From positions 25,325 to 89,324 of the IMG/VR virus record IMGVR_UViG_3300006735_000020: a stretch of 64,000 bases of DNA; one strand, written 5' to 3'. Positions within the stretch are counted from its first letter, which is position 1; the number at the start of each line of letters is the position of its first letter. This document shows positions 56,996-64,000 of the stretch, in pieces. The notes under the pieces are model-generated. The model was not told the origin of the DNA, searched no databases, and saw only the letters and a program-made list of their open reading frames with translations. Source of the stretch: a virus. A program made the position numbers and the translations under genes.

Positions 56996-58210
56996 ATGAA
57001 GAACCGAGCGTTTCATTTTGAAATTAAAGACTTACTAACACAGTTTATAGCTGCGTTTGATGATACTGTTATCAGTAGATTTAATAAAGATAGAAATCCT
57101 GCAAGTGATATTGAAGTCCGTTATGTATTTGCTCCTAAGCAACGGGTAATGTATGATATTATAAACAAGGCACAGAACATAACATTGCCTGTTGTAGCTG
57201 TTAACTTAACAGGTATATCAAGAGATAATGATAGAGTATTTAATAAATTAGCTCCATCATATGTACCGGCACAAAAAATAGAAAATCCAAAATCTGCTTC
57301 GAAGTTTTTAATGCCTGTCCCGGTTAATTTAGAAGTTAGTATGTCAATTCTTGCAAGATATATGCAAGACGTGGATCAAATTGTATCAAACTTTGTACCA
57401 TATAATAATCCGTATATTATACTTACCTGGGAGGTGCCAGCTGATTTTGGAGCGCAATACCCGCAAGAGATAAGAAGTGAAGTATTATGGAGTGGTGATT
57501 TAGCCTATACAACACCAACAGATACAACCTATAATGATAAATTTAGAGTAGTTGTTGATACGTCTTTTACAATTAAAGGGTGGTTATTCCCAGAAGAAAA
57601 AAGTACACAAGGTAGTGTTTATAAAGTTGATAGTAATTTTATTGCTGTTGACTTAGCAAACAAAATTTATTCGCCTCTAGATCCAACCATACCTGTACAA
57701 GATAACACATATCAACAATTAGGTTATCCAAGTCTTTCTGGGTTTAATGATAGTGTACCAACAAACTATACAGAAACAATAACCGTCTCAGGTATACCAG
57801 AGTTTACTAATATTTTTTATTCAACAACAGGAACTTATTTTCCACTTAACAACTACCCGCAAGGAACTGTTACAAATATTTTATCATGTACAAATCCGAG
57901 TAGTACAAATAATAACTTTATTCTTTATGGTAAAAGATTAGATGCAAATAATAAGTTTTATTTAAGTTCTTACGTTGATAACTTCTTTACGAATTTTACA
58001 GCGATAACTTCAGCTAAGAATCCAACTATTAGTGGATATGAACTTAGTGAAAATTTCTATAAGGTTGTCAATGATAATGTAGTCAATTTCTTTTTTCCTT
58101 TATCTTCTCTCAGCGCTGCCAAGGCTGGTGAGTTTACAATCGTTACTGGTAATGAAGCTGGGTGGGCAACTTCCTACCAAGCCAGTAGCTCTATCCTTAA
58201 ATTAACATAA
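56996..58210 (+). CDS. gp15: Tail sheath stabiliser/terminator (gp15-like) with C-terminal extension
   Basis: F.A.FDD, PKQR, LP, PVPVNL, QIVSNF.PY and FTIKGWLF motifs. Confidence 0.8.
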   Translation: MKNRAFHFEIKDLLTQFIAAFDDTVISRFNKDRNPASDIEVRYVFAPKQRVMYDIINKAQNITLPVVAVNLTGISRDNDRVFNKLAPSYVPAQKIENPKSASKFLMPVPVNLEVSMSILARYMQDVDQIVSNFVPYNNPYIILTWEVPADFGAQYPQEIRSEVLWSGDLAYTTPTDTTYNDKFRVVVDTSFTIKGWLFPEEKSTQGSVYKVDSNFIAVDLANKIYSPLDPTIPVQDNTYQQLGYPSLSGFNDSVPTNYTETITVSGIPEFTNIFYSTTGTYFPLNNYPQGTVTNILSCTNPSSTNNNFILYGKRLDANNKFYLSSYVDNFFTNFTAITSAKNPTISGYELSENFYKVVNDNVVNFFFPLSSLSAAKAGEFTIVTGNEAGWATSYQASSSILKLT

Positions 58211-58220
58211 ATATATATAA

Positions 58221-60035
58221 ATGCCTGGATCCGGATCATCAACAAGCTCAGACCAAAATCGCTCTTATGTGACTAATGACGGTCGTGCATCAACTTTTGG
58301 AAGAAGTCTTATACAGTACATTCAAAATAGGTTACCATATGCTACAGATGGCCGTGGTGAAAATGATGCATTAAATCCGAAGTATAAAGTTTTTCAGAAA
58401 GCAGGAATGCGAAGAGCTGAAGCTTTAGCTAAAGCTTCTATTTCCTCTTCTAACCCTTATAATAATATACCTATAGGTGATTTTGCTAAAGACTCATCCT
58501 TTGGTGATGTCATGTATGCTAACATACAAGACGATAAAGCTGGGAGACTTCGCGATTATAGAATAATGGCAGCTTATTCTGAGATCTCAGATGCGTTAGA
58601 TGAAATTTGCGATGAAATGATTAACCCTGATGAGACTGGGTGGATTACAAGCTTACACTATAAAGACATTGATTTAACGATAGATGAAAAAGCTGAAGTA
58701 GAAAAACAATTTCATAGGTATGTTGAATATTACGATCTTAAAAATAAAGGTTGGCAATATTTTCGACAAATGATGGTTGAGGGAGAGGTTTTCTTTGAGC
58801 AGATAATTCACGAAGGTTACGTTAAAGACGGGGTACTCGGTGTTATTAATCTGCCAGCTGAAATTATAGATCCAGTATACAATAATATACAAAATATGCT
58901 TGTTAAGGGGTATATATACAGAAAGCCAATTTTTAGTCCATCACAACCTCAAAAAGTAGAAAAGGTTGAATTTATACCAATGGATCAAAACCAGATTATG
59001 TATGTTAATTCTGGTGTATATAACGAAACAAAGAACTTTATTATACCTTTCTTGGAGAATGCAAGACGCCCTTATAGGCAGCTATCATTGATTGAAGATG
59101 CAATTGTTATCTATCGCTTAGTTAGAGCGCCAGAAAGATTAGTCTTTAACGTTGATGTTGGTAATATGCCACCGCCTAAAGCTGAAGCATATCTTAAAAA
59201 ATTAATTCAACAATATTGGTCTAGAAAAACGTTTGATGTAGATCAAAATGATGTTGTTAAAAAGTTTAACCCTCAATCTATGCTTGATGCATTTTGGTTT
59301 GCCAAGAGACAAGGTTCAGAGGGGACTGACGTTAGACAATTAGCCGGTGGTCAAAATTTAGGCGAGTTATCTGACTTAATGTATTTTATTAAGAAACTCT
59401 ATAGAGCTCTTAAAGTACCGACAGCGAGATTAGATCCACAGGATCAAGTTGAAGCTTCTGGAACATCAATATTGAGAGAAGAACTTAAGTTTGCTCGTTT
59501 TGTAATAAGACAACAGCAAAGGTTTGCAGCTGGTCTTAAAAAAGGATTTATTACCCACCTGACATTAATGGGTATTTTTGAAAAATTAGAACTCAATGAA
59601 CAAAATTTAGAGATTGAGTTTAATGTACCTACTAATTTTTATGAGCTTAGAGAAAATCAAAGACTTGAACTTAAGTCTGGAAACTATACTAACTTAGCTG
59701 GTAATGAGTTTGTATCTGCAACATACGCGCAGAAAAAATATCTTGGGTGGAAAGATAAGGATATTCTAGCTAACAGGGAATTCTTAAGAAAAGATGCTGA
59801 ACTGCAGTGGGAGTTAGCTCAAATTACTGCTGCAGGACCTGCATGGAAAGAACAAGCACTAGCAGGTGAATTAGCTGAAGGTGATGCAGCTGCTGTCGGT
59901 GGTGAAGGAGCTGGTGTAGGCGGTGGAGGTGGAGCTATACCAGAGTTTGGAGGAGGCCCGGCTGATACCGGTGAAGCCGATACAGAGGAAGTCGCAGAAA
60001 CTGAAGTTGAAGTAGAAGAGCCGGCTGTAGTTTAA
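58221..60035 (+). CDS. gp20: Portal vertex protein (gp20)
   Basis: YR.MA...E...A.DEI, EDAIVIYRLVRAPERLVFNVDVGNMP, LYRALKVP..RL and REELKF motifs. Confidence 0.96.
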   Translation: MPGSGSSTSSDQNRSYVTNDGRASTFGRSLIQYIQNRLPYATDGRGENDALNPKYKVFQKAGMRRAEALAKASISSSNPYNNIPIGDFAKDSSFGDVMYANIQDDKAGRLRDYRIMAAYSEISDALDEICDEMINPDETGWITSLHYKDIDLTIDEKAEVEKQFHRYVEYYDLKNKGWQYFRQMMVEGEVFFEQIIHEGYVKDGVLGVINLPAEIIDPVYNNIQNMLVKGYIYRKPIFSPSQPQKVEKVEFIPMDQNQIMYVNSGVYNETKNFIIPFLENARRPYRQLSLIEDAIVIYRLVRAPERLVFNVDVGNMPPPKAEAYLKKLIQQYWSRKTFDVDQNDVVKKFNPQSMLDAFWFAKRQGSEGTDVRQLAGGQNLGELSDLMYFIKKLYRALKVPTARLDPQDQVEASGTSILREELKFARFVIRQQQRFAAGLKKGFITHLTLMGIFEKLELNEQNLEIEFNVPTNFYELRENQRLELKSGNYTNLAGNEFVSATYAQKKYLGWKDKDILANREFLRKDAELQWELAQITAAGPAWKEQALAGELAEGDAAAVGGEGAGVGGGGGAIPEFGGGPADTGEADTEEVAETEVEVEEPAVV

Positions 60036-60412
60036 CGAGCAGGATTACTACTAAAGAACTGAGCTCTATAGTAAATTGGACCTGTTGATGCTGCAAATGC
60101 AGATACCTCATTGACGTTTGTCAACCCTCTAAAAGTAAATTGATCATTATCTGCTAATACAAACCCTTGGGAACCTCTAGCTCCTTGTGGTGATCCAGAG
60201 GCAAATGGTCCAAAATTTTGATCCCAAATAGTTAAATTACCACCGGTTTTATTTACTATAATAACTTCAGAACAGGGTTGCCCAGCCCCCATACCACCGA
60301 GATCGGTACTTGAAAGACATGTTAGAGTAGTAGCAGCTAATCGCATGCTATATGATCTGCACTGATTTATATTAAAATATTCACTTCCAGTATTCTTCGT
60401 TGGTGTCGCCAT
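60032..60412 (-). CDS. Small beta-rich late protein (possible virion decoration)
   Basis: TAAATA (60418-60423) 5 nt upstream; located in the head cluster. Confidence 0.6.
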   Translation of the reverse strand: MATPTKNTGSEYFNINQCRSYSMRLAATTLTCLSSTDLGGMGAGQPCSEVIIVNKTGGNLTIWDQNFGPFASGSPQGARGSQGFVLADNDQFTFRGLTNVNEVSAFAASTGPIYYRAQFFSSNPAR

Positions 60413-60417
60413 ATATT

Positions 60418-60437
60418 TATTTATGCCTGAATAAATA
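60418..60437. promoter_or_regulatory. Divergent late promoters (TAAATA)
   Basis: Minus 60418-60423 and plus 60432-60437, each 5 nt from an ATG. Confidence 0.7.
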
Positions 60438-60442
60438 ATTTT

Positions 60443-61735
60443 ATGGCACTTGCATGCAATATTAAACCGCTTTCTGCATTTTTATCAACAAATTTAAATA
60501 GCAAAATTAAAACATACGATCAACTGGGTGATAGAATTAAGAGATCTCTAGGTTATCCTTTAATAAGTTTAGAGATTCATACCGATCAACTTAGACAAAA
60601 CGTTCAGATAGCAGTTGAATACTTTACAAAATACGCTGGTTATACAAGAGAGTATTTAATATTCGATTCTGACATGTATGAAACTAATAAAGGTATTAGA
60701 TTAGATTTTCTTTATACTTTAGCTAATACAGATTTAGATACAAAAGTAAAACAAGTAGCAGGTACGAATCCATTAGGACCGGGTCCAGAGTTTTATGGAT
60801 CACAACCACCAAACTTATTAAGCGGTGCTAAAGGAGCCTTAAGCGGAACTCAGCTAGCAACCGGTACAGGTAACCCACAGACAAATCTACCTTCTGTATA
60901 TGTAGCAATGTCGTCTTTGAGTGCAACAAACTTTGTTGGGCCACCTCACGGTGGGGGAATTAACTCACTATCATCATTGTTTGCTTCTGTAACAGCCGGG
61001 TCTACTGCAAATCCATCAGCTTTAGGTGCAGGTATAGAAGCATTTCAAGTGTTTGATACTTCACTTTACCGGGATATAACTTCATTTAAACCAGGTCTTA
61101 GTGCTTTCTTTAAAGCTTCACCTCCTCAAACTATAACATTTCAGGGTGAAGAGACTAACGCTCTTTACTATCAAAATGTATTTGATTACGATGTAATGGA
61201 ATATAGAAAGGTAGTAGATGTTATTGACTTTGAAGAGGGATCAACAACCGGTATTAATACACTATTTACTTTAGAACAAACACTAGCACAACAAACATAT
61301 TTTAGTTATGCAATGGGTAACTATGGCTTTGATTTAGTATCTTGGTATACACTAAAAGAATGGATAGACACAAGAGAAAAGTTATTAGCAATTCGAAGAG
61401 ATATAAAATTCGATCCCAGGACACAATATATGCAGATGTATCCACAGCCAGGTGGAGATAGATTTTATGGAGTTCTTGGATGTTATCTCGAAAAACCTAT
61501 AAGAGACGTTATTATGGAGCAATGGGTGTATGAATACGCTCTTGCGTTAAGTATGATAACTATAGGACGCGTTAGAGGTAAGTTTGGTAGCGTACAATTA
61601 CTTGGTGGTGGTGCATTGAACTACGATATGCTTCAAGAGGGCCTAGATAAAAAATCTGAACTTGAAAATAAATTATTAGAAGGCGCATCACCTGGGTTTG
61701 GGGATACAGAACCACCAATGTTCTTTGTAGGATGA
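60443..61735 (+). CDS. gp13: Neck protein (gp13-like)
   Basis: IKRSLGYP.I..E, WV.EYALAL....G..RGKF..V.L.GG..LN and C-terminal PPMFFVG. Confidence 0.88.
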   Translation: MALACNIKPLSAFLSTNLNSKIKTYDQLGDRIKRSLGYPLISLEIHTDQLRQNVQIAVEYFTKYAGYTREYLIFDSDMYETNKGIRLDFLYTLANTDLDTKVKQVAGTNPLGPGPEFYGSQPPNLLSGAKGALSGTQLATGTGNPQTNLPSVYVAMSSLSATNFVGPPHGGGINSLSSLFASVTAGSTANPSALGAGIEAFQVFDTSLYRDITSFKPGLSAFFKASPPQTITFQGEETNALYYQNVFDYDVMEYRKVVDVIDFEEGSTTGINTLFTLEQTLAQQTYFSYAMGNYGFDLVSWYTLKEWIDTREKLLAIRRDIKFDPRTQYMQMYPQPGGDRFYGVLGCYLEKPIRDVIMEQWVYEYALALSMITIGRVRGKFGSVQLLGGGALNYDMLQEGLDKKSELENKLLEGASPGFGDTEPPMFFVG

Positions 61736-62172
61736 GAAAAAAGTGGCGACAAGGCATCTTTACTCCAACTAATTCTGAAAAATTTATTGGTTCAAAAGCA
61801 GTATATAGATCAGGATTAGAGTTAAAGTTCTTTAGATTTTGCGATACAAGTCCAAACGTCCTAAAATGGGGCAGTGAAAACGTTATTGTTCCTTATAAAA
61901 GTCCTCTAGACAATAGAGTACATAAGTATTATGTAGATAATTTTGTCTCTATAAAGGAAGGTAATGAGGTAATAAATTATCTTGTTGAAATAAAACCATC
62001 TAAACAGACAAAACCACCTCAAACAAAGTATAGAAAGAAGCAGCATTTGATATACGAACAAAAAATGTATATAACAAATCAAGCAAAGTGGAAAGCAGCT
62101 CGGGAATATTGTAAAAAATCTGGGTTTACCTTCATAATTATTACAGAAAAGGAGCTTTATCGTAAGGGGTGA
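61732..62172 (+). CDS. gp4: Head completion protein (gp4-like)
   Basis: YRSGLE, W.SE...PY.SP.D..VH.Y..D, VEIKP.KQT, N.AKW.AA and ITEKEL motifs. Confidence 0.92.
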   Translation: MRKKWRQGIFTPTNSEKFIGSKAVYRSGLELKFFRFCDTSPNVLKWGSENVIVPYKSPLDNRVHKYYVDNFVSIKEGNEVINYLVEIKPSKQTKPPQTKYRKKQHLIYEQKMYITNQAKWKAAREYCKKSGFTFIIITEKELYRKG

Positions 62173-62184
62173 CTAAATAATAAT

Positions 62185-62850
62185 ATGGCATTAAAACTTA
62201 ACTTGGTTGTTGAAAAACCTGATGTAAATGATGAGTTCGAATACATTGAAGAAGAAGTAGATAGAAACTCGCCTTCAAATTTATTTATAAAAGGCCCATA
62301 TATGATGGCAGAGGGTGTCAATAGAAACAACCGGATGTATCCATTAAAAGAATTAGAAAGAGAAACTGCGCGTTATATGGAAGAAATGGTAACACCAGGC
62401 AGGGCGATGGGTGAGTTAAACCATCCAACTACAGCAGATGTTGACCTTGAAAGAGCCTGTCACATTGTAACAGAGCTAACTCAAGATGGAAATGTTTTTT
62501 ATGGTAAATCAAAAGTTTTAACAACACCATGTGGTCAGATAGTTAGGGCTTTAATTAACGATGGTGTAAAAGTTGGTATGTCTTCTCGTGCTTTAGGTAC
62601 ACTTGAAGAAAGCAGCGATCATAGTACAGTAAAAAACATGAAACTAGTAGCTATTGACTGCGTAGCAGACCCGTCATATCCAAAAGCTTTTGTTAATGGT
62701 ATCTTAGAATCAAAGCAATGGGTTGTTGTTGGTGATGATAAATACGAGGAAGTATATGAAAATTTCGAAAAATCACTAAAAAGATTACCTAAAAAGGATG
62801 TAGATACCTTTTTACGTGATAGAATTCTTAGCTTTATTAGATCAATTTAA
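62185..62850 (+). CDS. gp21: Prohead protease (gp21)
   Basis: NRNNR.YP, GELNHP, GMSSRALG and D.VADPS...AFV.GILE motifs; TAAATA at 62174-62179. Confidence 0.95.
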   Translation: MALKLNLVVEKPDVNDEFEYIEEEVDRNSPSNLFIKGPYMMAEGVNRNNRMYPLKELERETARYMEEMVTPGRAMGELNHPTTADVDLERACHIVTELTQDGNVFYGKSKVLTTPCGQIVRALINDGVKVGMSSRALGTLEESSDHSTVKNMKLVAIDCVADPSYPKAFVNGILESKQWVVVGDDKYEEVYENFEKSLKRLPKKDVDTFLRDRILSFIRSI

Positions 62851-62861
62851 TAAATAATATT

Positions 62862-63008
62862 ATGGGCAAAGAAAAATTAAAGATTATTAAGGTCATTGAG
62901 CATATTTCTAAGAAAAATTATGCCCAGGCACATAAATATTTAAAGAGCGTTGTCGAGGATAAAATTACAAAAAGAATCGACCGCGCAACAGAAAAACCAC
63001 TCTTTTAA
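62862..63008 (+). CDS. Small prohead core protein candidate (gp67-like), 48 aa; not in ORF track
   Basis: MGKEKLKIIKVIEHISKKNYAQAHKYLKSVVEDKITKRIDRATEKPLF; TAAATA (62851-62856) 5 nt upstream; stop lies 2 nt before gp22. Confidence 0.7.
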   Translation: MGKEKLKIIKVIEHISKKNYAQAHKYLKSVVEDKITKRIDRATEKPLF

Positions 63009-63010
63009 AC

Positions 63011-63862
63011 ATGAAGAAATCAGAAGCATTACCAGAACAGGCAGCAGGAGTTTTAACAGAAGACTCTGTTAAGGAAATAGAAACTGCTATCGAAGAAAAA
63101 ATTCAATTATCAGTTGAAGCTGCTTTAACGAATCAAGATGAGCTTTATGCTGAAAAACTTGAAGAGTTAGTCGGTGCAATTGATAAAGACCATACAGACA
63201 AGCTTAAAAGAGTTGTTGAAGCTGTTGATCATAATAACGCTAATAAACTTATTACTGTTGTAAAGCGTTATGAGGGCGAACTTAATGGAAGAGCCAATAA
63301 GTTTAAATCTACTTTAGTTGAAAGTATATCAGATTATTTAGAAGAGTATATTGATGAAGCTATTCCAGCTCAAGCTATTGAAGAAGCAACTAAGAATAGA
63401 ACATCTCGTGAAGTTCTTGCTAACTTAAGAAAGGTTCTTGCTGTTGATTCTTCCCTTATGTCTGAGTCAGTTAAAGAAGCTGTTGTAGATGGTAAATCAC
63501 AAATTGATCATCTAGCGCAAAAAGTTGCAAAGCTTGAGAGAGAAAACGGACTTCTTAAAGAAGCTTATACCAAAACCAAAGCTGATTTATTGTTAGAGTC
63601 TAAAACTTCACACTTAACTGGTAAGAAGAAGGAGTATATGTTACGTATTCTATGTGATAAATCACCTAAGTTTATTGAAGAAAATTTCGAATACACTGAG
63701 AGACTTTTTGATAAAAAAGAAAAAGAAAGACTTAGTGTTATTAAAGAGGAGGCATTCGTACAGCGTAAGGTCAAAGCTGATGCCCCACAACCAAAACTTT
63801 CAGAGAAGAAAAAAGAGCCTGCTAACCCTTACTTACAAGAGTTAAAAAGAACTCACAAATAA
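63011..63862 (+). CDS. gp22: Prohead scaffold/core protein (gp22-like)
   Basis: Coiled-coil; LVESISDYLE; lies between gp21 and the capsid gene. Confidence 0.85.
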   Translation: MKKSEALPEQAAGVLTEDSVKEIETAIEEKIQLSVEAALTNQDELYAEKLEELVGAIDKDHTDKLKRVVEAVDHNNANKLITVVKRYEGELNGRANKFKSTLVESISDYLEEYIDEAIPAQAIEEATKNRTSREVLANLRKVLAVDSSLMSESVKEAVVDGKSQIDHLAQKVAKLERENGLLKEAYTKTKADLLLESKTSHLTGKKKEYMLRILCDKSPKFIEENFEYTERLFDKKEKERLSVIKEEAFVQRKVKADAPQPKLSEKKKEPANPYLQELKRTHK

Positions 63863-63880
63863 TTTCAACCCTGAACAATG

Positions 63881-63936
63881 AGGTGCTTGTCACCTGAGTA
63901 ACTTGGGACTAGATCCCATGAGGTAAAATGAAAGGA
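63881..63936 (+). promoter_or_regulatory. Structured 5' leader of the major capsid gene with SD
   Basis: Hairpins AGGTG/CACCT (63881-63895) and TGGGA/TCCCA (63904-63918); AAAGGA 8 nt before ATG. Confidence 0.55.
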
Positions 63937-63944
63937 AACGTCTA

Positions 63945-64000
63945 ATGAATAAACCACAATCATTTATTGATAGAGATAGAGCAGATTCACTTCTTGAGAA
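63945..64000 (+). CDS. gp23: Major capsid protein gp23, 5' end (truncated)
   Basis: MNKPQSFIDRDRADSLLE(K) resembles the gp23 L.EKW N-terminus; position after gp22; SD present. Confidence 0.7.
   Translation, partial: MNKPQSFIDRDRADSLLE

Noticed and set aside
1-64000. tRNA/rRNA genes, stop-codon recoding, integrase/transposase, DGR or retron
   Set aside because: No T-loop/CCA tRNA pattern was seen in the short intergenic gaps, standard-code ORFs tile the window densely, and no RT or recombinase motifs were recognised. tRNAscan was not run.

Overview
The window is a 64-kb, AT-rich, gene-dense segment of a large T4-like (Tevenvirinae-related, probably aquatic) myophage genome. All calls come from motif recognition by eye; no database searches were run. 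It contains: (i) a mostly minus-strand replication/recombination block (primase gp61, RNase H, gp45, gp32, gp41, UvsX, gp43, gp46/47, late sigma gp55, UvsW, UvsY); (ii) a dispersed 7-deazaguanine pathway (FolE2, QueD-like, QueE, QueC, a stand-alone class II amidotransferase, DUF366; no DpdA seen in the window); (iii) late genes with T4 internal-protein-like N-termini (basic Cys/Lys peptides, a PD-(D/E)xK nuclease, a ligase-like DUF6267, an HxGH nucleotidyltransferase, a retropepsin-like protease); (iv) a ~13-kb glycosyltransferase/nucleotide-sugar island; (v) the head/neck module (gp15, gp20, gp13, gp4, gp21, gp22, start of gp23). The most notable signals are a ppGalNAc-T (GT27/GT60)-like enzyme next to a mucin-like Pro/Thr protein (candidate phage-encoded O-glycosylation system), loss of canonical Zn ligands across the deazaguanine enzymes, near-leaderless promoter-to-start architecture in both promoter classes, a recurrent E-D-x-E motif in candidate head-packaged polyproteins, and a ~190-nt structured ncRNA candidate after hsp20.
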